From contig JAWQFM010000014.1 in assembly GCA_033442325.1 (NCBI GenBank), forward strand, positions 1,398,605-1,421,480: 22,876 nt of DNA, given 5' to 3'. The position numbers were made by a program, and so were the translations under genes. This stretch comes from Salpingoeca rosetta (lineage: Eukaryota > Protista > Choanoflagellata). Under the pieces are notes generated by a model. That model saw only the letters and a program-made list of their open reading frames with translations. It had not been told where the DNA came from and did no database searches. Position 1 is the stretch's first letter; each line of letters opens with the position of its first letter. Below, piece after piece: positions 12,148 to 22,770 of the stretch.

Positions 12148-12963
12148 ATGGCTGGGATGATCGAGTCGCTATGCGGCTGGCGGCTTGCCGCCCGCATCTG
12201 TGGCGTGTTTGCAACACTCGGTGCGTGTGTGTGTGTGCTTGTGTGTATGTGTGTGTGTGTGTGCTTGTGTGTGTGTGTGTGCTTGTGTGTGTGTGTGTGT
12301 GTGCATGTGTGTGCGGATGCGTGAATGGATGTGGAGATGTGTATGCACCTCTTGCAACCGGGTGTGCTTGTGTTGCCTCTTTCTCTCTACCTCTCCCCTC
12401 ACACACACACACACACATACGCACACATACACACATATACATACACATGTCCCCACTCGCTCTCCCTCTCTCGCTGGTGCCGCAGTGCTGATGATTGGTG
12501 GCATCCTGACCATCATCTCGCTTAGCGCCATATGCTGGGTGGTTGGCATCTACATGCTGTGCTGCTCGTTTGTTGTTGGCGTGCTGGAGGTGCCGGTCAT
12601 CTGCCAGTGCATCGATTTTGCAAAACCTTGGACAACACGGGCGGAGAAAGTCCCTTCAGGATACAGAGCCCTCGCCTACATGCTGTACGTTGACCAACAG
12701 TATGTGGTTTTGTGTTCATGGGGGAGGGGGGAAGAGAAGAGTGCCTACAGCAATGATGTGACTGTTTGCTGCTAGGTTTGTTGAAGTTACTTGGTTTGCT
12801 TGCTTCGTCGTGTTTTAAATACTCACGCGCTCACACACACAACACGCTGCTGCAGGTTGTGTGTGTTTATGTTCTTCTGCCTTGGGGTGTCTTCGATTCT
12901 TGCGGGCCTGCTCACCTTTGGCACGGGATTCCTGTACTTCATGGACTGGCTCGGCCCTCCTGT

Positions 12964-13000
<37 letters not shown>

Positions 13001-13510
13001 GTAGAACTGTGCAACTGTTGGCAAGTGTACTCTTTGCCTCATGTTTTGGTCGTGGTTTGACGTCATTGCATGCGTGCACAAACGTTGCTCTTCTCACCCT
13101 TGAGTGCTTGTACCCATGTGTGTGTGTGTGCGTGCGGCTGCAGCGTGTTCGCAATGCCGTGCAAATGCAACTGCAAGAAGGGATTGCAGACGACGAAGAA
13201 AGTCTCATTGGGAGCACGGAGGAAGTCAAGGTGCGCAAGTGTGTATTGTGTGAATGTGGGTGTTTGCGTGAACGTGTATACATGTATATTATGTGTGTGT
13301 GTGAATATGAAAGCTCGCTCTCCTCGTCCTTCACGCGTTGCTCATCTGTGTAACCCCCCCCTCCCTCTCACAACACAAATATACAACACACAGGAGGGCC
13401 AGACTGGTGTTGGCTGGATGGACACGGTGACGGAGCAGGCGGGAAAGGCGGTGGCAAGAGCGGCAGTGTCAGAGATGCAATCACAATGGACCGGGCAGAG
13501 CACCAAGTGA
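12148..13510 (+). CDS. CACFD1: Calcium channel Flower homolog (CACFD1/fwe; TVP18 superfamily), ~193 aa, multi-pass membrane protein
   Basis: Exons 12148-12220, 12486-12684, 12856-12961, 13144-13230, 13394-13510 (TGA), all phases consistent. WRLAARICGVF...GIYMLCCSFVVGVLEVPVICQCIDFA...YRALAY...FGTGFLYFMDWLG matches Flower family motifs (LCEAPFCCQFIEFA; FATGVLYGLSALG). Confidence 0.88.
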
Positions 13511-13908
13511 TGTGATTTGGCGGGGAACCGTGTCTGTACCTCTCTCTCTCTCTCTCAGTTGCCAGCACCAACAAGAACAATGGAACAATGGGCGCACTCA
13601 GCAGGGTGTCATGTGCTGCACACATGCGTTGGACAGGATGGGGGGGGGTTGGAGGAGGACGAGGAGGAGTGGGTGTTGATATGATTGTAATGGGGCGTTG
13701 ATATGATGTGGAAGTGTGACTTGACGTTATTTCAACAGCGCGCTTCCTTGGCCTGTGAGTTTGTTTTGCTGTTTGTTCGTAGTACACAGCACACACGCAC
13801 GTTTGCAGAAGATGTTCGTGTGAGCAACATCCTCTGTGTCAACCTTTGTGTCGTCGTTCTCAGTGTTGTCCTTCGTGGCATGCTCTGTGCCAACCCTTGT
13901 GTGGTCTT

Positions 13909-14069
<161 letters not shown>

Positions 14070-14255
14070 TGTGCGACAGGCGACACACAGAAATGTACAT
14101 TCCTGGCAGGCAAAGAAAAGAAAGAAGCAAACGCAGACATGGCAAGAAGTCCTTCTTGCTTGCTCTTGTGCCTGGTGCCTGGTTGTGTTGGGTTGATGGT
14201 GGATGAACGAAGGGTTGAGTCTGTTGACCTACAACGAGCAACAACAGCAACAACA

Positions 14256-14544
14256 ATGGTGTGCTCGTGCACTGCTTTCACCCGCACTGCACGAGCAGTG
14301 ATGTGAGCGGTGTTGGCGAGACAGTACTGTGGAAAAGCGAGAGCAGGGCTCCCATTTATTTTCACGCGTCCACCCACACTGCGCTGATCGTTCCGCCTCC
14401 TCTCATTGCTTCCTTGTCTCCTTTCTTGCTTGGCTGTCTGTGCATGATGCTTTCCTCCACGCAGTCCGACACGCGTCTCAGTGGGCTGGCCAGGGCCGCA
14501 CGCGAGTCCGTTCGCGCACAGTCGCGCAGGAAGCGCGGCAAAGC

Positions 14545-14582
<38 letters not shown>

Positions 14583-15609
14583 TGTGCGTTTGTGTGCGTG
14601 TGTATGTGTGTGTGTGTGTCTCTCTCCCTCTGTGTGCCTGTGCTCGTTCGCTCCCCTCACGTCAGCCTCTGTGCTCGGCTCCCCCAATACGGCACAGTGG
14701 GCCGCTCTGGCTCGGCATGGACGCTGCAAGACATCAAAAAGGCGCTCCCACAGGACATGCAAAACCAGCACGTAAGGCGACCACTCTCGTCCCTGCGTGT
14801 TTGTGGTTGTGGATGTATGCGTGTCTGTCTGTACCTGCACCCGTGTACATGCTTTTCTTTTCGGCTTGCCATTCATGCACTCAGCCCACGCGTTTTTTTA
14901 CATGTGCCATGCATAGGTGGAGCGTGCAGGGCCATGGGAGTTTGATCCAAAGAAGCTCAAGAACTTGAAGCCCGTTGGTTCCGGCAACTTTGGCAAGGTG
15001 CGCGTGCCTACGTGCGCGTGCGTGTGCGTGTGGTGCCACCACCTCTGAAGGGCGCTGACTTTCGCTGTCGTGCGGTGAAGTAATAACAATAGTCATCCAT
15101 GTGCATGCGCGACTGCCCTCCCTTCTCTCCCCTCTGCATGCTGCAGGTGTACGTTGGAGTTGCGCACGGCATCCTCAAAGGCGAAAAGAAGACGCGGGTT
15201 GCTGTCAAGGTGAGACGGCCTGCAGTCTTCTGACGTGTAGGATGCACACACTTGACGTCGTGTCTCCTGTTGACGCTGCACATCGCACCGGGCACGTGCA
15301 CTTGGACATGCACACATAAACTCACATACACACACATTTGACCTTCATCGCACGTATCAACCCACGTACACACTTGCATGCGCACATACCACACACAACA
15401 CACCACTCGCCACCCACCACTCGCCGCTGTCGCGCACTCCAGACGCTGACGTCGAAAGGGTCGAAAGTTGAGCAGGAGTTCCTGCAGGAGGCCGGCATCA
15501 TGCAGAACATCGACGGGCCGCACCAGATTGTTCGCCTCCTCGGCGTCTGCACCAAGCGCAAGCCCATGTACATGTACGTCGCATGGAGCACCATGTGTGT
15601 GTGTGTGTG

Positions 15610-15640
<31 letters not shown>

Positions 15641-16283
15641 GTGTCTGTGTGTCTGTGTCTGTGTCTGTGTGCCTGTGTGTCTGTGTGTCTGTGTCTGTCT
15701 GCGTCTGTGTGTGCTAACTTGTGTGTGTGTGTGTAAATGTGTGTGCACCACCCACCCCCCTCCTGCCTCCCCTTACCGCCCTCCTGCCGTCACCTGCTGT
15801 CAATTGTCTCTTGTCTCCTGGTACACCAGGATCATGGAGTTCATGTCGCGTGGCGATCTCAAGGAAGTTCTCCGCCACAACCGCCCAAAGGTGTCGCCGC
15901 TGCTGTTGCTTTTGATGCTGCTGTTGCTGCTTATGCTGCTGTTGCTTTTGATGCTGCTTCTGTTGCTTCTGTTGCTGCTTATGCTGCTGTTGGTAACGAC
16001 ACGGCCGTGACGCTGAGGAATGCGTCATTCTCATGCACCCTTGAGCACGCACATGCACGTACACATATGCATACCCACACGCCCACACACGCGTTCACAG
16101 AAAGGGAAGCCGTCTGCGCTGAGTACGCAGCAGCTTGTGAAGATGGCGAGCGACGTGGCGGAGGGCATGGCGTATCTCGCAGCAGCGAAGATCGTGCACA
16201 GGTCCGCTGATTACGATGCAGCCGTGAGCCATGCCAGGATGGTGATGGACGAGGGTGTCACATGTGTATGTGTGTGTCTGTGT

Positions 16284-16327
<44 letters not shown>

Positions 16328-16710
16328 TTAGTTGTNNNNNNNNNNNNNNNNNNNNNNNNNNNNNNNNNNNNNNNNNNNNNNNNNNNNNNNNNNNNNNNNN
16401 NNNNNNNNNNNNNNNNNNNNNNNNNNNNNNNNNNNNNNNNNNNNNNNNNNNNNNNNNNNNNNNNNNNNNNNNNNNNNNNNNNNNNNNNNNNNNNNNNNNN
16501 NNNNNNNNNNNNNNNNNNNNNNNNNNNNNNNNNNNNNNNNNNNNNNNNNNNNNNNNNNNNNNNNNNNNNNNNNNNNNNNNNNNNNNNNNNNNNNNNNNNN
16601 NNNNNNNNNNNNNNNNNNNNNNNNNNNNNNNNNNNNNNNNNNNNNNNNNNNNNNNNNNNNNNNNNNNNNNNNNNNNNNNNNNNNNNNNNNNNNNNNNNNN
16701 NNNNNNNNNG

Positions 16711-16754
<44 letters not shown>

Positions 16755-17017
16755 GAGAGAGAAAACGCTGCGGTTATGCCCAATCTAATCTTGCTCTTCC
16801 TTTTCCATGCGCTAATTCATACACGTTACGTCACCTGCGTGTGTGCCAGGTACGATCTGATGCGCAAGTGCTGGATGGAGGAGCCGGAGGAGCGGTCCTC
16901 CTTCCCCGATCTCTACAACGCCCTCCTGGTGTGTAGTGTGCTCGCGACGGGTGCTGCTTTGCCTGCTGGCTGCTGCTGCAATCATACCTTCCAAGTGCAG
17001 CTGCCCTCATCGAACAA

Positions 17018-17056
<39 letters not shown>

Positions 17057-17619
17057 CGCACACACACATGTGCACTTGACACACCTGCCACGCCCCCTCC
17101 CTCCTCTTGGTGACAGGCGATGTGCGGACGCGTGCCAAAAGCGCCGATTGTTCGGTCTGACGACGACGAGCAGAAGGAGGTGATGGCGTCGACATACAGC
17201 ATCCCGCAGGACGCATTGCACACATACGACGCCGAGGACAGCGCCGAAGGTGCGCCCGTGGTGTTGCCTTGGTGTGTGTGTTGTCTTGTGGTGTGTGTGT
17301 GTGTGTCTGTCTGTCTGTCTGTCTGTGTGTGTGTGTGTCTGTGTCTGTGTGTGTGTGTGTGTCTGTGTCTGTGTATTTGTGTGTGTGTGTCTGTGTCTGT
17401 GTATTTGTGTGTGTGTGTGTGTGTCTGTGTATTTGTGTGTTGCTTCAACGCCGGGGAATTGCGTGTCCAGAGTGCCCACACTGTGCCTACATGTCTCATC
17501 GTGACCCCAACTGCCTTCAATCCCATGTGCACAGAGGAAGACGAGTACGACCCATACGGTCTCGCCTCCGTCGACCTCTCCGCTTACGGCCTCTGCGGTG
17601 AAGACCTCCCAACGTACGT

Positions 17620-17714
<95 letters not shown>

Positions 17715-17752
17715 CACGCACACACACTCGCACGCACACGCACACACACATG

Positions 17753-17797
<45 letters not shown>

Positions 17798-19122
17798 TCT
17801 CACCAATGTGTGCGTGTGTCCGCGTGACAGTGATGATGATGACGACGATGTGGACGAGGCCGCATATGTGCTGGCGACGGCACAGAACTCCACGCGATCA
17901 AAACCAGCCCAGCAGTCCACCGCCGCCACCAGCACACACGACGAAGGTGATGGTGATGATGATGACGACGTTGAAGATGAGGACGATCCCGTCGTGTACG
18001 CCACCGCTGATGGCGACATTGAGGTCAGCACCAGCACCTGGTGTCTTGGTGTATGTGTCTGTCTGTCTCTCTGTGTGTGTGTGTATGTGTCTGCCTGTGT
18101 CTGTGTCTGTGTCTTTCTGTCCGTCCGTCCGTCTGCGTGTATGTGTGTGTGCGCGCGCGTTATGTGAGCTGATAACTTACGCTGTGTGCCTGCATCACTG
18201 ATTGGCTGTCATTGGCGAATGTCGCTGCTGCTCCATCACCATCACACCTCCCGTTCGACGGCACGCGTGCGCATGCCCAGACCACAACACCGCCAACACC
18301 GCCGCCAGAAACGGCGACGAGTACAGCAACCAGCGCAAAGCCGAAAGCGACGCGCGGACTGACCGCTGAGGAGCGACAGGCCGAGGTGGCCGACTGGTAA
18401 GAAAACCAAAAGGAAGGGGGCGGGGGTTATTGTGGCGCTGACCTTCAAGGACGCAAAAAACATTCCTTCATGGTGCAAGACACCACCCATGTTCTCAACC
18501 ACTCACTCAACTCACTCCACAAAACAACCACATCAACACCACCAACCCCTCGCCTCTGCAAAGGATTGAGCGGGCGCTGGGCGAGAAGTGTGCGGAGGAG
18601 ACAATGCACTCGTGGCTGAAGAGCGGAGAGGTGCTATGCCGCCTCATGAACAAGATCAGCCCAGGCAGCATCCCAAAGTACGCAGCAGCAGTACATGTCC
18701 TGTTGCCTTTGTATTCTCTTGATGCTCTCGCTTGCTCTTGTTTGAACACTTTGTTGTTGTGATGGCGTTGATGAGAAGAGTGGAAGCCGTGCCCTTCCTG
18801 TTCCTCTGTTTCCGTTTCCCCGTTCCAACCACAACGAGTGCTCACCACCATCACCACCACCATTGGTTGCACGTCAGGTACAATGCTGGGACGACGCGCG
18901 CGTTCAAGCAGATGGAGAACATTGGCCGCTTCCTCGATGCCGTCACGCACTTTGGCGTGCCCTCCAGCGACAGGTGCGCACACAGCGCTTGTCTTCGTCG
19001 TCATGACGCTGGTGGTAGTCATGGTGATGGTGATGGTGGTAGTCATGGTGGTGATGGTGATGGTGCATGTGGAAGCTGTTGCTGGTCCCACGCACGCACA
19101 CACATACACACACACACGCACG

Positions 19123-19176
<54 letters not shown>

Positions 19177-19349
19177 ACACGCACACGCACACACACACAC
19201 ACACGCACACCGCACACACCGCACACACGCGCGCGCGCCAATGCAGGTTCATCACGAAGGATCTGTTTGAGGAGGACAACATGCGGCGGGTGGTGAACTG
19301 CATCGCACAGCTGCGCATTGTAGCGCAGAGCAAGGGCTTTACCGCCTAG
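14256..19349 (+). CDS. Protein tyrosine kinase (insulin-receptor-like N-lobe, no visible TM/SH2/SH3) with acidic Tyr-rich linker and C-terminal calponin-homology domain
   Basis: Exons: ATG 14256-14258 (start uncertain; in-frame ATG also at 14139), 14465-14549, 14698-14771, 14917-14997 ([21 protein letters not shown]), 15147-15209 ([21 protein letters not shown]), 15443-15573 (EFLQEAGIM...[10 protein letters not shown]), 15830-15890 ([11 protein letters not shown]), 16101-16201 ([17 protein letters not shown]), [N gap], 16850-16928 ([18 protein letters not shown]), 17117-17249, 17535-17613, 17831-18023, 18281-18396, 18564-18677 ([20 protein letters not shown]), 18878-18973 ([11 protein letters not shown]), 19247-19349 ([21 protein letters not shown]). 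Confidence 0.88.
16336..16709. other. Assembly gap (374 N) hiding kinase subdomains VIb-X
   Basis: N run flanked by (GT)n and (CA)n. The kinase reads ...IVHR before the gap and resumes at YDLMRKCW after it. Confidence 0.95.
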
Positions 19350-20079
19350 CCACGCATCCTGCCACCACCACCACCACCATGACCACCGCCACCCAGCAGC
19401 AGCAACTAAGGGGACGGACGCAACCACGCACGAGGCGACAGCTGGCTGGCGTCTTGTTATGAGTGTGTGTGTTTGTCGTTCACACCCTTCCCCTCCCCTT
19501 TTTTCCTCTGCTCCATTTCTCGCTCCTCACAAGCACAACTTACAATTCATGCCACCCTCTCGCCAAACGCATCAGCGACACCATCAAACCACATTCCCTC
19601 TTTCGTGCCTTGTCTCCTTTCCTTTCTCCCCCCCCCCTTTACCACCATCATCACCACCATCATCACCATCACCGTACCCAACGCAAGGTGTTTCTCGTTG
19701 GGGTTACATTACGTCTTGTTCGGCAGACTATGAGTGCTTCAGTTTACATTACACAATCATTCGTCAGTTACGTCTTCCATCATTACAACAGTTAAAACCA
19801 CGCGTCAAACCAAGCAGCACGTCTGTCACACATGCTGGGGACAGTCAAATTCCTGCATCCATCACAAGCACGCCCGCATGAAACACAGGCGCACCTGTCT
19901 GCATGCACGCAAGATGCACTGCATCGAAAAGGACAGTCAAATGATGCATCAATACAGGGAAAATAAAGACTACATATGCAACGAATGGTGGACGCAAAAC
20001 GTGCCGAGTCCAACAATGCAAGACAGGTACACAAGCAACAGCGACGACGACAGCATGCATGCATGGCACGGTGGAGGAG

Positions 20080-20892
20080 TCAGTTAAACTGTCCAAAATG
20101 GCGCGGACCGCAAGGGCCACGGGGATGGTTGTGCTGCCTGTGGGTGTGGGCTGCAGGCGCTTTCGCCAAAAACGCGTCGCATGATTGCTGGTGCAGAGCC
20201 ACGGAGCCCACAAACCTGTACCAGCGACCGCATCCCGAGCACACATGCTCGCTGTCGCTGTGCTTGATGCGGGCATGCTTTCGCAGGCGCAGCACCTCCC
20301 GAAACACCTCACCACACTCCTCACAATTGTAGCCGCGCGTCACTTCGTGCCTGCGCATGTGGCCGCGAAACTTGGCAATGTCCGTGAACATGCAGTAGCA
20401 GATGTCGCACTGCATCCGCGACGCGAGGTGGCTGCGCTCGTGCCGACGACAGTTGGAAGAGGTTGAAAAGCGCGCCTTGCAGATGCGACACACATGTGGC
20501 TTCTCACCAGAGTGCGTGGTCATATGGTCTTTCAATGCAGACAGCTTCTTGCACACTTTGCCACACACTGGACACTTGACCCGCTTTACATGTGCCCGTC
20601 TTCCTTGCTGTCGTTGTTGTTGTTGTTGCTGTTGTTGCTGATCTTCCTCGTCTTGCTGTTCCCCTTCTTGTTGTTGCTGATCTTCCTCGTCTTGCTGTTC
20701 CCCTTCTTGTTGTTGCTGTACTCCTTCTCTTCTAACACCACTTCCTCTTCTCACTATGCTCTGCGTCCTCGCTCCTTCCATCCCTGGCTCGCTCGGCGCA
20801 GCGGGCGTGGTGCTTGCAACAGCACGTCCCTCACTCCCGCCACCATCACCACCGCCCTCACCACCGCCCTCACTGCCAGCACTGCCCATCAT
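20080..20892 (-). CDS. C2H2 zinc-finger protein (4 C2H2 + 1 C2HC finger), probable transcription factor, single exon
   Basis: Uninterrupted ORF with CPVC..HMTTH-SGEKP-HVCRIC..HERSH, CDIC..HMRRH, CEEC..HARIKH, CSGC..HQQSC. It has a Kruppel-type (T/S)GEKP linker and an N-terminal G- and Q/E-rich region. Start chosen at MMGSAG (20892); it could be later. Confidence 0.88.
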   Translation of the reverse strand: MMGSAGSEGGGEGGGDGGGSEGRAVASTTPAAPSEPGMEGARTQSIVRRGSGVRREGVQQQQEGEQQDEEDQQQQEGEQQDEEDQQQQQQQQQRQQGRRAHVKRVKCPVCGKVCKKLSALKDHMTTHSGEKPHVCRICKARFSTSSNCRRHERSHLASRMQCDICYCMFTDIAKFRGHMRRHEVTRGYNCEECGEVFREVLRLRKHARIKHSDSEHVCSGCGRWYRFVGSVALHQQSCDAFLAKAPAAHTHRQHNHPRGPCGPRHFGQFN

Positions 20893-21063
20893 CCACAGCC
20901 ACTGAAATTTGGTGAATATCTTGATAAATCCTCCACATCCGCCGTGGCCGCATGCTGTTCTGACTGCTGCTGTTGTGTCCCTTTCTCGCACAGCAACCAA
21001 CCACCAACAACCAACCCCACGCTGCTTCGTTTTGCGCACTGACAGTCGCCACCACATACAGCC
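20893..21063. promoter_or_regulatory. Bidirectional promoter between zinc-finger gene and NAA15
   Basis: 171 bp between the divergent predicted ATGs; inferred from gene geometry only. Confidence 0.4.
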
Positions 21064-21776
21064 ATGAGCCGCACCTTGCCTGAGGGGTCCAAGGAGGCCT
21101 CCCTGTTCCGGAAGATGCTGGTACGTGGGACAGTTGTGGGAGGGTTACTGGGGCCAGAGCTTGCAACACGGCGCCACACCATGCATGTGGTGTCACTGAA
21201 AGCTGAGAGTTTGACGCGCATGGCTGTTCCCCGCTGCCTGTTGTTGCTGTTGCTGTGCCTTGTACATTGCAAGGCACACTGTCTGTGCTGAACTGGTTGC
21301 TGCCAACTGTCCGTTCTACTTTCATCATTCACCGCTCACTGACACAACGAAACACGTGCGCGCCGTTGCAGCGGAGCTATGAATCCAAGCAGTACAAAGC
21401 AGGGCTCAAGTGCGCCAAGAGCATCCTCGAGAGGAAGCCAAAGCATGGCGGTAAGTGCTTCCCCTTCCCCACCGGCCACTCCCGGCCATCTTGCAGCGGC
21501 TGCCACTGTTTGCTCTCGTCCCTGCTCACCAGACATTCTCGGCCTCGTTTGCGCTGGGCCTTGCTTGCCTTTGCAGAGACCTTGGCCATGCAGGCGCTTA
21601 TCACCAACGCCATGGATAAGCACGACGAGGCCATGGAGCTGTGCCACGAAGCCGTGAAGGCTGACCTTGGCTCCGGTATGTGCTGGCACGTCCGCGGTAT
21701 TCTGTACCGTCAGAAGTGCGACTACGACCAGGCCCTCCGCAGCTTCCTCAGAGCAGCACAAATCGAGGCGGTGTGT

Positions 21777-21810
<34 letters not shown>

Positions 21811-22755
21811 CTGTGTCTGTGTGTTTGTCTGTCTGTCTGCACCTTCCCTCCTTCCTTCCCTCCTTCCCTCCTTCCCTCCTTCCTTCCTTCCTTCCCTCCT
21901 TCCTTCCTTCCTTCCCTCGTTCCCTCGTTCCCTGTTTGCTTTGCCGCTGCTTCACTCTCACATGCGTCCATGCCCTCACCACCCACAGGAGAACCAGACC
22001 ATCTTGCGTGACCTGTCCCACCTCCAAGTGCAAGTCCGCGATTATGAAGGCTTCCGGGTGGGCATTCTGCACCGCTTTCACTCTCTGCTTTTCGCCCCCC
22101 CCCCTTCACACACACACATGCACCCCTGCGCCTTGCTTGTATGTGAACGTGTTCACGTAGTTTCCCCCCTTGTCCTCTTCAACACTGGATGGCCACTGCC
22201 ACCGTTCCCTTCCCTCACAAACGCGATGCTGCTGGCTGCTTGCCTGTGGCGCTAACATCTGCACCATATCATACAGGACACGCGTCGCAAGTTCCTTGAG
22301 CTCCGCGGCGGCGTCCGCGCCTCCTGGCTCGGGTACGGCCGCTGGAGCCATGCACTGCACACAAGACAACCACGTCCGCGCACGAAAATGCTCAACACTA
22401 CACACGCCCTCACGCTACCTCACACGCACACGCACACGCATACACACATACATACATGCACATGTCCTCACACATGCACTCACGTCTCGCCACGTGCAGG
22501 TACGGCGTTGCACAGCACATGACGGGCGAGATTTCGGGCGCCATTGAGACCATGACGCAATATCTTGGGCTGCAGGACGACGCCAACACGAACGCGTACG
22601 AAACATCGGAGATGCACATGTACGTCGTGATGCTGATGATGGCGAACAACGAACACGACCGTGCGCTGACATACCTGAACGACTACGAGGAGAAGATTGT
22701 TGACCGGCGCAGTATTGAGGAGACGCGCGCACAGCTCCTCCTCAACCTCAACAGG
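21064..22755 (+). CDS. NAA15: N-alpha-acetyltransferase 15/16 (NatA auxiliary subunit, TPR), 3'-incomplete
   Basis: Exons 21064-21120, 21372-21450, 21577-21770, 21989-22057, 22277-22332, 22500-22755, continuing beyond the window. KEASLFRKMLRSYESKQYKAGLKCAKSIL...HGETLAM...CWHVRGIL...NQTILRDLSHLQVQVRDYEGFRDTR...RASWLGY is the diagnostic NAA15/Nat1 N-terminus. Confidence 0.96.
21842..21917. repeat. (TTCC)n-type pyrimidine repeat in a NAA15 intron
   Basis: Directly visible. Confidence 0.9.
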
Positions 22756-22770
22756 GTATGCACACACACA

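Noticed and set aside
15891-16010. Poly-Leu stretch resembling a transmembrane helix within the kinase
   Set aside because: It is a (GCT/GTT)-type repeat inside a GT-AG intron (15891-16100) in the middle of the kinase domain, so it is not evidence for a receptor kinase.
19350-20079. ORFs of 88-159 aa between the kinase and zinc-finger genes
   Set aside because: No recognisable motifs, low complexity; best explained as convergent 3' UTRs.
20893-21057. Upstream extension of the zinc-finger ORF to 21057
   Set aside because: Non-ATG start that would leave 6 bp before the NAA15 ATG; more likely promoter/UTR.
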